This document shows positions 9,338 to 18,739 of a stretch of DNA of 64,000 nucleotides, piece by piece. Under the pieces are notes generated by a model. That model made no database searches. It saw nothing but the letters and a program-made list of their open reading frames with translations, and was not told the DNA's origin. Within the stretch, counting starts at the first letter, position 1. Every line of letters begins with the position of its first letter. Position numbers and translations under genes: made by a program. Origin of the DNA: Actinomycetota bacterium (lineage in GTDB: Bacteria > Actinomycetota > UBA4738 > CALAEC01); the NCBI GenBank assembly GCA_050693035.1, contig JBOGWB010000076.1, positions 25,069-89,068 on the forward strand, given 5' to 3'.

Positions 9338-10903
9338 GACCTCCTCCAGCAACAGGGGGTCGAGGAAGCCGGTGGCGGGGGCCAGGCGGAGGCGGCCCCG
9401 GAGGTCCCGGACGAGCCACACCAGGAGCACCAGGATCAGCGGCGTGACCACGTACTGGATCCCGAACCCCATCACCTCCCACGCCACCGGAGCCCGCGAC
9501 GGCTCCGCGATGAGCTCGGTTATGGCCAGCGCCGCGGACATCACCACCGCGGCCGTCCGCGCGGTTCGGGGCAGGACCCACACGAGGGGAAGGAACCACA
9601 CCACGTACCATGGCAACAGCAACGGGGACGACATCAGGCCGAGGATCGACATCCAGGCCATGGCCCCCACGACCATCACGGGATCGATGCGCGCCGGTCG
9701 CCGGGCGAGATGGAGAGCCATCCCCACGAGCGCAACGAGGAACACGAAGGGAAACGCCAGACGCACCAGGATGGCCAGCACCTCACCGGCCGCCGGGCTC
9801 CCGAGGATCCGCCCCAGCTCCCGAAGCGTCACCCCCAGAAGGCGAGAGGGAGCCCACCACGCCTGGAGCTTGGTGAGGGTGAAGAAGCCGAGGGTCGGAT
9901 CGCGCGTCTGGAGGAACGGAACAGCAAACAGGGCGGCCACCACCGTGGCGATCCCCCCATGGAGAGCGAGGGTCCGAAGGCGCTCCCCGCGCGGGCGACG
10001 GGCCACCGCGCCGATCACCGCCAGCAGGAGCGGCACGCCCCCCGAAACCTTCACCAGAGCCCCCAGGGCGAGGACGCCGGTGCCGAGGAGCTCCCTCCGC
10101 CGCAGGATGAGCAGGACGGCGACGGCGACACCCAGGGCCACGAGCGCGTCGTTGTGCCCGCCGGCAGCCCCGTGGAGCACCACGACCGGGTTCCAGCCGA
10201 TCATCGCCGCGGCGAACGCGGCGCGCTCGGGGCGGGCCCGGCGGGCCGCCGCCGCCACCAGGAACATGGTCGCCGCGCTGGCCAGCACGGCCACAAGCTT
10301 GAAGGCCAGGATGGCGGCCGCCGGCGACCGAGCCACCCGGGTAAGTCCCCCCGCGAGCACGACGAAGCCCGGCCCGTAGAGGGACGGCGTCTGGTTCCAG
10401 TCCGGCGACACGTACGGCGACACCGGGTCGCTGGGGAATGCGGCCGGCACGGAGACGTACGGGTTGGTGCCATGGACCGAGAGCATCCGACCGTAGATCG
10501 TGTAGCTATAGACGTCGCGAGACAGGAACAGCGGCATGGCAAGGGACAGGGCGTGCAGCGCGATGCCGACCACGAGGACCCGTCGAACGGTGAGGCTTCC
10601 CCGCCACGCCACCCGCGCCGTGTACAAGAAGCCGAGACCGGCCGAGAGGAGGAGTAGGCCCGACAGGAGCCCGGCCGCCTCCTTGTGCAACCGATCGAGC
10701 CCCAGGGCCGCCGCGGGTCGCGACAGGAACCAGGGGGCTTCCGCGCCGGGAGGTAACGGTGGAGTGAGTGGAGACGCCGGCCGGGATGCAAGCAGGGCCA
10801 CGGCGAGCCACGTCACCAGGGTGCCCGCGGTGGCGATCCAGGCGATGGCTCGGGAGGGGGAACTCGCCGCTGCGCCGGGAGGTCGCGCCACCGTCGTGCC
10901 CAT
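9176..10903 (-). CDS. Polytopic membrane glycosyltransferase-like protein (DUF2029/GT87-like, putative mannosyltransferase)
   Basis: 575 aa, many TM helices, ...DVYSYTIYGRMLSVHGTNPYV... resembling polyprenol-P-sugar-dependent GT-C enzymes. The C-terminal 55 aa is low-complexity (RRR/GEG), so the real end may be earlier than 9176. Overlaps the convergent 7400..9337 gene by about 160 bp. Confidence 0.45.
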   Translation of the reverse strand: MGTTVARPPGAAASSPSRAIAWIATAGTLVTWLAVALLASRPASPLTPPLPPGAEAPWFLSRPAAALGLDRLHKEAAGLLSGLLLLSAGLGFLYTARVAWRGSLTVRRVLVVGIALHALSLAMPLFLSRDVYSYTIYGRMLSVHGTNPYVSVPAAFPSDPVSPYVSPDWNQTPSLYGPGFVVLAGGLTRVARSPAAAILAFKLVAVLASAATMFLVAAAARRARPERAAFAAAMIGWNPVVVLHGAAGGHNDALVALGVAVAVLLILRRRELLGTGVLALGALVKVSGGVPLLLAVIGAVARRPRGERLRTLALHGGIATVVAALFAVPFLQTRDPTLGFFTLTKLQAWWAPSRLLGVTLRELGRILGSPAAGEVLAILVRLAFPFVFLVALVGMALHLARRPARIDPVMVVGAMAWMSILGLMSSPLLLPWYVVWFLPLVWVLPRTARTAAVVMSAALAITELIAEPSRAPVAWEVMGFGIQYVVTPLILVLLVWLVRDLRGRLRLAPATGFLDPLLLEEVSAGGAGSLRPRREKRRRISHGTEGDGGDRARRPGGERKPVRGEGGEDGDGNSR

Positions 10904-10970
10904 GGGAGCCTTCCGACTGTAGCAAGGCCCGCTCCGGCGGGCCCTCTCTCTCCCCTTACAATCTCTACGG

Positions 10971-11046
10971 GCCCTCGTAGCTCAGTGGATAGAGCACCGG
11001 TTTCCTAAACCGGGTGTCGCAGGTTCGATTCCTGCCGGGGGCACCA
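10971..11046 (+). tRNA. tRNA-Arg (anticodon CCT)
   Basis: GCCCTCG/CGGGGGC acceptor stem (one G-U), D arm GCTCAGTGGATAGAGC, anticodon stem CCGGT/ACCGG with loop TTCCTAA (CCT), T arm GCAGGTTCGATTCCTGC, discriminator A, encoded CCA. Confidence 0.9.
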
Positions 11047-11096
11047 GAGATACGACGAGCCGATCCAAGCTGTGCGTTCCCGGCGCCGAGTGATCG

Positions 11097-11636
11097 CTAC
11101 CAGACGTCTCCCGGCCGCCAGTCGCAGCTGATCGGCGCCGACAGGTCGAGCGGGGGGGACGTTGGTGTCAGACGCACCAGCACGTGGCCGTCCTCCTCGC
11201 CCGTTCGGATGAGCCCCGAGTCCGTGCGGACGAACGTGGGACCCTTCCACGCCACCCAACCCAGGCGCTCGTAGAAACCATGCTCTCCCGTCCCCAGCGC
11301 TCCGAGCTGGAAGGTCTGATCGATGTATTCCCCCACTGCTCGCATGACCGCGGATCCGTAGCCCCGTCCCCGATGGATCGGCAAGGTGGCGACGGCCTCA
11401 ACGTATCCGGTGGCGAGATCGTGGCCGGCCGTGTGTAGCCGCCGCTCGATCACAGAGGCGTGCGACACGATGGCTCCGCCGTCCTCCAGAACGAAGTGTT
11501 GACCACCGAACGCGTGATCCCAATCTTCATCGGTGAACGCATCCTCGTCCGTCCACGACGCATCGAAGAGCTCGCGCAATACGGCCACCTCATGTGGCCG
11601 TAGGTTCCCGCTCGCCACCCTTCTCACCATCGCCAC
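11097..11636 (-). CDS. AAC(2')-I-like aminoglycoside 2'-N-acetyltransferase (GNAT)
   Basis: ...TDEDWDHAFGGQHFVLEDGGAIVSHASVIERRL...GYVEAVATLPIHRGRGYGSAVM...ISCDWRPGDVW closely parallels mycobacterial AAC(2')-Ic (TETDWEHTLGG...AHAAVIQRRL...CDWRAGDVW), as recalled from memory. Confidence 0.7.
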   Translation of the reverse strand: MAMVRRVASGNLRPHEVAVLRELFDASWTDEDAFTDEDWDHAFGGQHFVLEDGGAIVSHASVIERRLHTAGHDLATGYVEAVATLPIHRGRGYGSAVMRAVGEYIDQTFQLGALGTGEHGFYERLGWVAWKGPTFVRTDSGLIRTGEEDGHVLVRLTPTSPPLDLSAPISCDWRPGDVW

Positions 11637-11638
11637 GA

Positions 11639-13042
11639 TCAGGAACCCTCGACCTCCGGCGGGATGTTCTGGTTGAGCCGGTACAGGTTGGTCGGGTCGT
11701 ACCGAGCCTTGATCGCGGCGAGCCGGTCCCAGGTCGACCCCGGATAGGCCTGGCGGATCCGGGCTTCGCCCTCGTCAGCGAGGAAGCCGACGTAGGCGCC
11801 CGTGTCACCCTGGCGGAGCACCGCGGCGAACTCGGAGACCCAGGCCTCGCGCACGGCCCGGTCCTCGGGGCCCTCGTAGAACGCAGCCACGTTGACCATG
11901 ATCCGGCTCGCGCGGTGCGCGAACGCCGTGGCATGGGCGGGCACTCGGGCCATCGCTCCGCCGAGCACCCGCAGCTGCGCCACCTTCATGGTGGCGTCGG
12001 ACGCCCGGAGGTGCTCAACGATCGTCTCCGCGACGCCACGGTCGATCGTGTCGACGAACATCGTGCGCCCCACCGCGGTGGGGTGGTAGCCCTCTTCCTC
12101 CGGCAGGTAGATCTCGCTATAGGGCATGGGCCGGACCATATCGGCGATGGGCTCGGCCAGCGCGCGGAATGGTGCGACGGCACGCTCGCCGGCCTCGCCG
12201 CCGGCGGCGTGGGCGAGGATGGCGAAGATGACCAGCCGGCCGTGGTGCTCCTCCGGCACGAACGGCATCGGGGGCGCCGGCATGACGTTGGCGATCGTGG
12301 ATAGCTCTTCCGGCGCGGCCTCCGCCTCGGCGATGAACGACGCGATGACGTCGGGCGTCGCCGGCAGGATCAGCCTCCCGCCCACGATCGTGTCGACCTC
12401 GCGCAGACGGAACTGGAATCGGGTGGCGACGCCGAAGTTGCCGCCGCCGCCGCGGATCGCCCAGAAGAGGTCCGGATTCGTCTCCGCGTCCACCCGGAGG
12501 AGCTGGCCGTCCGCAGTCACGATGTCGGCGGCCAGCAGCGAGTCGATGGTGAGGCCGTGCTTGCGAACGAGGAACCCGACGCCGCCCGCCAGCGTGATCC
12601 CCCCGATCCCGACCGAGCCCGTGTCGCCGAACCCCGTCGCGAGCCGGTGAGCCCCCGCCGCGGTGGTGTATTCGCCCGCGGTCAACCCAGTCTGGGCCCA
12701 CGCGGTGCGTCCCTCGGCGTCGATCTCCAGCGCCCGCATGTCCGAGAGATCGAGCACGATCCCCCCGTCCGACACGCTGTGACCGGCGGGGCTGTGGCCG
12801 CCGCTGCGGACGGCGAGCTCCAGGCCGGTCTCGCGGGCGAGCGACACGACGTGGGAGACCTCGCTCGCGTCGACGGCCCGGACGATGACGGCGGGGCGCC
12901 GATCGATCCCGCCGTAGAAGATGGTGCGCGCCTCGTCGTACCCGGCGTCGTCGGGCGCGATCACCCGACCGCCCAGGGCCGCGCGGAGCTGCGAGACGGT
13001 CTGGGGGAGGGAGGGCGAGGACTGCATGGGGGCTCCTTCCAA
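11639..13042 (-). CDS. FAD-linked oxidoreductase (PCMH-type FAD-binding domain, BBE-like C-terminus)
   Basis: 467 aa; RSGGHSPAGHS...GGGGNFGVATRFQFRL motifs of FAD-binding type-4 oxidases; ...YDPTNLYRLNQNI BBE-like C-terminus. Confidence 0.75.
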   Translation of the reverse strand: MEGAPMQSSPSLPQTVSQLRAALGGRVIAPDDAGYDEARTIFYGGIDRRPAVIVRAVDASEVSHVVSLARETGLELAVRSGGHSPAGHSVSDGGIVLDLSDMRALEIDAEGRTAWAQTGLTAGEYTTAAGAHRLATGFGDTGSVGIGGITLAGGVGFLVRKHGLTIDSLLAADIVTADGQLLRVDAETNPDLFWAIRGGGGNFGVATRFQFRLREVDTIVGGRLILPATPDVIASFIAEAEAAPEELSTIANVMPAPPMPFVPEEHHGRLVIFAILAHAAGGEAGERAVAPFRALAEPIADMVRPMPYSEIYLPEEEGYHPTAVGRTMFVDTIDRGVAETIVEHLRASDATMKVAQLRVLGGAMARVPAHATAFAHRASRIMVNVAAFYEGPEDRAVREAWVSEFAAVLRQGDTGAYVGFLADEGEARIRQAYPGSTWDRLAAIKARYDPTNLYRLNQNIPPEVEGS

Positions 13043-13157
13043 TGGCCGATGGTCATCTACTCAGACCAGGCGTTCGATGAAAACTCATCGGTCGGTCCGG
13101 TCCACCGACAAATTTCCTCATCTTGACAAGAAATTCTGTCGGTGGCAAGATGCGCCC

Positions 13158-13769
13158 ATGCTCGACGTTGCGGTGATCGAGGATCCGGCCGCGGCTGAGG
13201 TCTCGCTGGACCCGGTGCGGGCCCGGCTGCTGGCCGAACTGGCCGAGCCCGGTTCGGCGACGATGCTGGCGGCCAGGATCGGACTGCCCAGGCAGAAGGT
13301 GAACTACCACCTCAGGGCGCTGGAGCGCCACGGATTGGTGGAGGTGGTGGAGGAACGCAGGAAGGGGAACGTCACCGAACGAGTGATGCGTGCCACGGCG
13401 GCGTCCTACGTGATCTCGCCAGCCGCGCTGGCCGCGGCGCAGCCAGACCCGTCCCGCGCACCCGACCGGCTCTCGGCCTACTGGCTCCTCGCGGTGGCCT
13501 CTCGGCTGGTGCGGGACGTGGGCAGCCTCATCACCGGGGCGACCAAGGCTCGCAAGCGGCTCGCGACCTTCGCCCTGGATGGCGAGGTGCGTTTCGCCTC
13601 GGCGGCCGATCGCGCGGCGTTCTCCGAGGAGCTGACGAATGCCATCACCGCTCTGATGGGGAAGTATCACCACGAGGCGGCGGAGCGCGGCAGGCACCAT
13701 CGCGTGATCGTCGCGGTCCATCCGAGTGTCAAGACCGACCCGGTCACCACCGAGGCGAAGGAGGCCTGA
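13158..13769 (+). CDS. ArsR-family (winged-helix) transcriptional regulator
   Basis: MLDVAVIEDPAAAEVSLDPVRARLLAELAEPGSATMLAARIGLPRQKVNYHLRALERHGLVE; ATG at 13158 inside longer ORF; stop is 1 nt before the next gene start. Confidence 0.7.
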   Translation: MLDVAVIEDPAAAEVSLDPVRARLLAELAEPGSATMLAARIGLPRQKVNYHLRALERHGLVEVVEERRKGNVTERVMRATAASYVISPAALAAAQPDPSRAPDRLSAYWLLAVASRLVRDVGSLITGATKARKRLATFALDGEVRFASAADRAAFSEELTNAITALMGKYHHEAAERGRHHRVIVAVHPSVKTDPVTTEAKEA

Positions 13770-13770
13770 C

Positions 13771-14514
13771 ATGCCCCACGAGTTCGAGATCGAGAACGAG
13801 ATCGTGGTGGACGCGACCCCCGAGCAGGTCTGGGAGGCGATCACCACCGGCCGGGGGATCGACTCCTGGTTCATGGGGAGGAACGAGGTCGAGGGCCGTG
13901 AGGGCGGCACGGCGCGGACGACCCTCGCTGGCTTCACCATGGAGGCCACCGTGACCGCGTGGGACCCGCCGAGACGATTCGCCACCAGGGGGAGTGAGGG
14001 AGAGGACGGATCGCTCCACGCATTCGAGTTCATCATCGAGGGACGCGAGGGAGGCACCACCGTCGTCCGGTGGGTCCACAGCGGCTTCCTCGGTGACAAC
14101 TGGGAGGCGGAGTACGACGGCCTGACCGAAGGCGACCCCATGTACTTCCACAAGCTGGCCCAGTACCTCACCTACTTCCGCGGCCGGACGGCGACGTCCA
14201 TCGAGGTGTACGGACCCCGGGTGGCCGACCGGGAACACGCGTGGGCGGAGATCAGGGGCGGTCTCGGGCTGACCGGCAAGGTCGCCGAAGGCGACGAGGT
14301 GCGGCTCACGCCGCGGGGGCTCGCCCCGATCGAGGGCGTGGTGGATTACGTCTCCCCGAGCTTCCTGGGCGTGCGGAGCAGCGACGGACTGTACCGGTTC
14401 ATCTCTGGGTTCGATGGCACAATCGTTCTCGGACACCATGTCTTCTCCGACGATGTCGACCAGAAGGGGCTCGAGCAGGCCTGGCGGTCCTGGCTATCTG
14501 GATTGTCCGCCTAG
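13771..14514 (+). CDS. SRPBCC-family protein (AHSA1/activator of Hsp90 ATPase-like)
   Basis: MPHEFEIENEIVVDATPEQVWEAITTGRGIDSWF... typical SRPBCC N-terminus; ArsR + SRPBCC is a very common gene pair. Confidence 0.7.
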   Translation: MPHEFEIENEIVVDATPEQVWEAITTGRGIDSWFMGRNEVEGREGGTARTTLAGFTMEATVTAWDPPRRFATRGSEGEDGSLHAFEFIIEGREGGTTVVRWVHSGFLGDNWEAEYDGLTEGDPMYFHKLAQYLTYFRGRTATSIEVYGPRVADREHAWAEIRGGLGLTGKVAEGDEVRLTPRGLAPIEGVVDYVSPSFLGVRSSDGLYRFISGFDGTIVLGHHVFSDDVDQKGLEQAWRSWLSGLSA

Positions 14515-14552
14515 CACGCGCAGATCGGCGCCACGACCGAAGGAGGAGAGCC

Positions 14553-15329
14553 ATGGAAACGGTCACGTCGAAAGACGGCACCACCATCGCGTTCGATCGG
14601 CTTGGTGAGGGACCGCCGGTCATCCTGGTGTGCGGCGGGTCGACCGATCGAATGGCGAACACACCACTCGCTGCGCTCTTGGCATCGCAGTTCACCGTGT
14701 TCAACTACGACCGCCGGGGTCGTGGCGACAGCGGAGACACGGCGCCGTACGCCGTCGAGCGCGAGGTGGAGGATATCGATGCCGTCATCACCGCGGCCGA
14801 TGGATCGGCATGCCTGTACGGCACCTCCTCCGGTGCGGCCCTCGCCCTCGAGGCCGCCGCGAGCGGGCTCGCCATCACGAAGCTGGCGTTGTGGGAGCCA
14901 CCGTTCATCCTCGACGAGAGCCGCCGGCCGCCGGCGGACACGGCGAAGACGTATACCGAGTTGGTCTCGGAAGGTCGGCGAGGCGACGCGGTCGAGTACT
15001 TCATGTCCAAGGTCGTCGGCCTACCCCCCGAATTCGTCGCCCAGGCGCGCAGCGCGCCGTTCTGGGCGGCCCAGGAGGCCCTTGCGCACACGCTCGCCTA
15101 CGACGCCACCATCATGGGCGACTACTCCCTGCCGGCGGAGCGGGCCGCCTCCGTCAAGGCGCCCACGCTGGTGATCGACGGGGAGGCGAGTTTTGCGGGG
15201 ATGGGCGAGGCGGCACAGGCGCTCGCGGACGTTCTCCCCGATGGGCAGCGCCGCACCCTGGAGGGCCAGGAGCACAACGTCGACCCGGCCGTCCTCGCTC
15301 CCGCATTGGTTGAGTTCTTCAAAGACTGA
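14553..15329 (+). CDS. Alpha/beta-fold hydrolase
   Basis: METVTSKDGTTIAFDRLGEGPPVILVCGG...CLYGTSSGAALALEAA (GxSxG nucleophile elbow); AGGAGG RBS 6 nt upstream of ATG. Confidence 0.75.
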   Translation: METVTSKDGTTIAFDRLGEGPPVILVCGGSTDRMANTPLAALLASQFTVFNYDRRGRGDSGDTAPYAVEREVEDIDAVITAADGSACLYGTSSGAALALEAAASGLAITKLALWEPPFILDESRRPPADTAKTYTELVSEGRRGDAVEYFMSKVVGLPPEFVAQARSAPFWAAQEALAHTLAYDATIMGDYSLPAERAASVKAPTLVIDGEASFAGMGEAAQALADVLPDGQRRTLEGQEHNVDPAVLAPALVEFFKD

Positions 15330-15457
15330 GGAGCCCGAGAGATGCGCGGAGGTCTCTGTCAGGACGGCCGGCCAGAGGCAACCTTGTCGGTGTCGCGCGA
15401 TGAGTTTCGCCCGCCCGGACGGTCTCTGTTGAGGAAACAACGAACAGGAGGTCTGGG

Positions 15458-15892
15458 TTGGCCGGTCTCGAGGAGCCGCCGACGCCACCCGTGCGTGCGG
15501 TGCGCCCGCCTCCCGAGCCGACCACGATCGTTGTGGTCATGAGCGCTCCGATCGCTCGCGAGGACGTCGCGGGGCTCTGCGAGCGCTTCCGAGTGTTGCT
15601 GGAAGGCAGCCCCGCCGACCAGATCGTCTGCGACGTCGAAGCGCTCGTTGCTCCAGACGCCGTCACGGTCGATGTCTTGGCCCGGCTGCAGCTCACCGCC
15701 AGACGACTCGGGCGCTGGGTCCGGGTTCGCCACGCCTGTGGCGAGCTGCAGGACCTGCTCGCTCTGATGGGGCTGGGCGACGCCGTGCCGCTCTGTGGGA
15801 CCTCAGCGGTCGAGGCGAGGGGGCAAACCGAACAGCGGGAACAGCCTATCGGTGTCGAGGAAGAAAGTGATCCCGCTGATCAGACCGGCTGA
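15458..15892 (+). CDS. STAS-domain protein (anti-sigma-factor-antagonist-like)
   Basis: TTG start; TIVVVMSAPIAREDVAGLCERFRVLLEGSPADQIVCDVEALVAPDAVTVDVLARLQLTARRLGRWVRVRHACGELQDLLALMGL is a STAS fold. The last ~30 aa overlaps the convergent ECF sigma gene by 90 bp. Confidence 0.6.
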   Translation: MAGLEEPPTPPVRAVRPPPEPTTIVVVMSAPIAREDVAGLCERFRVLLEGSPADQIVCDVEALVAPDAVTVDVLARLQLTARRLGRWVRVRHACGELQDLLALMGLGDAVPLCGTSAVEARGQTEQREQPIGVEEESDPADQTG

Positions 15893-16813
15893 CCTCTCGA
15901 CGACCTGCAGCGACCACGGCTCGTATCCGCCCGAATCGCTCGGCTTGTACTGCCCGAACGCCGGCAGACCGTTCGCCGTGGTGGGGATCAAGCGCGAGCC
16001 GCGACAGCCGATCCCGGGCCCGAGGCACCACCGGCGGATGTCCTCGTGGGTCTGGAGCCACAGCTCGTAGGGTGGCATCGACCACGTGGCATCCTCATGG
16101 AGGAGCGAGGTCAGAGAGTCGAGGTCGTACCGCTCGAAGGCATCCACGTAGCGGGCCAGGAGCGCCCGCTGCTCTTCGTCCATCGTCTGGGACGGGTCCG
16201 TGGCGGCGACGTCGCGGGCCGCGAGGGTCGAGTGGGCTCGTTGGAGCAGGCTATTGACCGACGCGACGGTCGTGTCGAGCAGCTCCGCCACCTCGGCCGC
16301 CTTCCAGCGCAGGACATCTCTCAGAATGAGCACCGCTCGCTGTCTGGGCGGCAGGTGCTGGAGCGCGGCGATGAATGCAAGACGGACGGTCTCGCGCGAG
16401 ATAGCCAGCTCGGCTGGGTCGGCATCCGGCGGCAGGACTCGGCTGTCGGGGATCGGCTGGATCCAGGTGGCCTCCGGTAGCCCTTCGCCAAGGGGTGCAT
16501 CGGCCGTCTTCGGAGGACCAAGATCCATGGGGCGGGCGCGACGCTCTCTGCCGTCCAGCATGTCGAGGCATACGTTGGTCGCGATCCGGTAGAGCCACGA
16601 GCGCAGCGAGGCCCGGCCTTCGAACCGATCGAAGCTCCGCCACGCGCGCAGGAGGGTCTCCTGCACGGCGTCCTCCGCTTCGAACGCCGAGCCCAGCATC
16701 CGGTAGCAGTGCGCGGTCAGCGCCACACGATGCTGCTCCAGCAGATGCTCCAGTTGACCAGACCCGCGCGTTGCGGTGCTCTGGGCCACGTCGTCTGTGG
16801 TCGCCTCAGTCAT
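15803..16813 (-). CDS. ECF sigma factor with C-terminal SnoaL-like extension (SigJ/ECF56-like)
   Basis: Sigma-2 (FEAEDAVQETLLRAWRSFDRF) and sigma-4 (LPPRQRAVLILRDVLRWKAAEVAELLDTTVASVNSLLQRAHSTL) regions followed by a ~140 aa extra domain. Confidence 0.8.
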   Translation of the reverse strand: MTEATTDDVAQSTATRGSGQLEHLLEQHRVALTAHCYRMLGSAFEAEDAVQETLLRAWRSFDRFEGRASLRSWLYRIATNVCLDMLDGRERRARPMDLGPPKTADAPLGEGLPEATWIQPIPDSRVLPPDADPAELAISRETVRLAFIAALQHLPPRQRAVLILRDVLRWKAAEVAELLDTTVASVNSLLQRAHSTLAARDVAATDPSQTMDEEQRALLARYVDAFERYDLDSLTSLLHEDATWSMPPYELWLQTHEDIRRWCLGPGIGCRGSRLIPTTANGLPAFGQYKPSDSGGYEPWSLQVVERSAGLISGITFFLDTDRLFPLFGLPPRLDR

Positions 16814-17104
16814 GCTGGGGGCGCTCCTCCCCGCCCAGGTGCCAACCCGATGAATCCTACACGAGGGGCTAGGGTACGCGGCTGACCACGGCGGGCATAC
16901 CTGGCGGTCCTTGTCCTGGTCCTGCTGCGCCGAATACGAACTGGTTCCGATTCCGAAGATCGATCGGACCTCGAGCCCGACGGAGCGGCTCCGAGAGGCG
17001 CTGCCGTCGGCAAGGTCCCGGACGCCACCACTCTGGAGCCATGAGAGCGCAGCGCTCCTGGGAGATCCGATCCCCTAGCGGAACGCGATCTGGTGTCCCC
17101 AGCC

Positions 17105-18739
17105 TCAGCCTGAGACGTCGCCGAGCCGGATCGCCACCAGGGCCACATCGTCGTGGGCAGTCGATCCCACCATCTGCTCGAGGATGCGATCGCAGAGGCC
17201 GTCGGGGTCATCTCGGCTCGTTCCGACACTCTTCTGCAGCCGACTGAGGCCCTCGTCGATCCCCTCCCGTGTTTCCACCAGCCCGTCCGTATACAGGATG
17301 AGGACGGAACCGGGTTCCACATTTTCGGTGATCGGTTGGTACTTGGCCCCGGCGACCACCCCGAGAGGGACACCCAGGCCGCCCTCCAGATACCTCGGTT
17401 CTCCCCGCGGAGGAACGAGGAGCGGCGGAGGGTGGCCCGCCCTCACCATTCGTAGGTCCCGTGCGGCTGGGTCGAGGATCAAATAGAGCATGGTCGAGAA
17501 GTGGCCCAGTCTCATCGCCTGGATCAGCGCGTCCGTTCGGTCGACCACGATCTCCGGGGCTTCCCCCGCCAGGGCGTAGGCTCGGAAGGCCATCCGTACC
17601 TGCCCCATGACGGAAGCGGCGTCGGCACCGCGACCGAGCACATCCCCGACGGCGACAGCGACCCGTTCATCCGGGAGAGGGAACACGTCATACCAATCCC
17701 CGCCGACGTTGACGCCGACACCGCCCGGAAGGTACCGGGCGGCCACCGTCACCCCGGGGATTTCCGGCAACCTCTCGGGCAACAGGCGACGCTGGAGCGT
17801 CTGGGCAACCTCATGCTCCAAACGGGCCACCTCGGTCGCCTCCCAGAATCCCCGTTGCACCATCTCGAAGGCCGACAGACTCTCCAGGAAGAACTGCGTG
17901 GCCGCATCGGTCACTCTTCCGATCTCTTCGGTTTCCTTCCCTCGTGAAATCAGCGACGCCCCCAGAACCGCATGGTGGATCGTCGCAATCTCGAGCACGC
18001 TCAGTTGCTCTTTTACGGCCTCCCGGCCCAGCTCGTACGCGAGACGCAGGGCGAATTCCCCTCCGTTGGCCAGGTACTGTTCGAAAGCGACCGAGTACGA
18101 ATCCTGAAATCGGCTGAGGCTCGCCCTCGCAGCGTCCCCTCCCAGATAGCGAACCACGACGACCAGCGCATCATCGGTCCCCTTGTCCTCCACCTCGAGG
18201 ATGCGCTCGGCGATCTCCTTCGGCGTGCGCGACAGATCCCTGGGATCGGCGAAGCCACCCCGGATCCCGTCGGTGGCCAGGATCAGAACGTCGCCACGTC
18301 GAACGGGGAGCGTGACCGAGCGGAGCGCCGGCAGACGATAACCGACGATGCCTGCCTGAGGGACCATGGACTCGTGATGGATCCCCCCTTCGTCGGAGCG
18401 CCGGATAAGCCTTCCCTCGACGTTGCCCACCCCAAGCCAGGTCATGGTGTCTTCCGTCGCGTCGAAACAGGCAACGGTCATGACCACGCCACGGCTGCGT
18501 TTGAGGCCTTGGTGGCAACGCTCGATGAGGCGGTGGGCGGGTTCGCCGGCTGAGCCCCGGAGGATCTGCTCGGCCGCGCTGGCCGCTCGAGCCGCCTCGG
18601 GCCCATGGCCGAGCCCATCAACGGCGGCCGCCATGGCTCCGTTGGGGAAAGACCAGACCACGGCGACATCTCCGGATTCAGCTTCTCCCGGCATCGCCCG
18701 CGTTGCTGCATTCCATTCCAGGAGTGGAGGATCACCCAC
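17105..18739 (-). CDS. Stressosome-output phosphatase: apparent fusion of an RsbX-like PP2C domain (N-terminal), an RsbU_N-like helical domain (middle) and an RsbU-type PP2C domain (C-terminal)
   Basis: N-terminal ...ESGDVAVVWSFPNGAMAAAVDGLGHGPEAARAASAA...RGVVMTVACF...LGVGNVEGRLI...ILATDGIRGG...DDALVVVVRY parallels B. subtilis RsbX. Middle FEQYLANGGEFALRLAYELGR...LSVLEIATIHHAVL resembles the RsbU N-terminal RsbT-binding domain. C-terminal GGDWYDVFPL...VGDVLGRGADAASVMGQ...LYTDGLVETRE...HDDVALVAI is a canonical PP2C. Confidence 0.7.
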   Translation of the reverse strand: MGDPPLLEWNAATRAMPGEAESGDVAVVWSFPNGAMAAAVDGLGHGPEAARAASAAEQILRGSAGEPAHRLIERCHQGLKRSRGVVMTVACFDATEDTMTWLGVGNVEGRLIRRSDEGGIHHESMVPQAGIVGYRLPALRSVTLPVRRGDVLILATDGIRGGFADPRDLSRTPKEIAERILEVEDKGTDDALVVVVRYLGGDAARASLSRFQDSYSVAFEQYLANGGEFALRLAYELGREAVKEQLSVLEIATIHHAVLGASLISRGKETEEIGRVTDAATQFFLESLSAFEMVQRGFWEATEVARLEHEVAQTLQRRLLPERLPEIPGVTVAARYLPGGVGVNVGGDWYDVFPLPDERVAVAVGDVLGRGADAASVMGQVRMAFRAYALAGEAPEIVVDRTDALIQAMRLGHFSTMLYLILDPAARDLRMVRAGHPPPLLVPPRGEPRYLEGGLGVPLGVVAGAKYQPITENVEPGSVLILYTDGLVETREGIDEGLSRLQKSVGTSRDDPDGLCDRILEQMVGSTAHDDVALVAIRLGDVSG

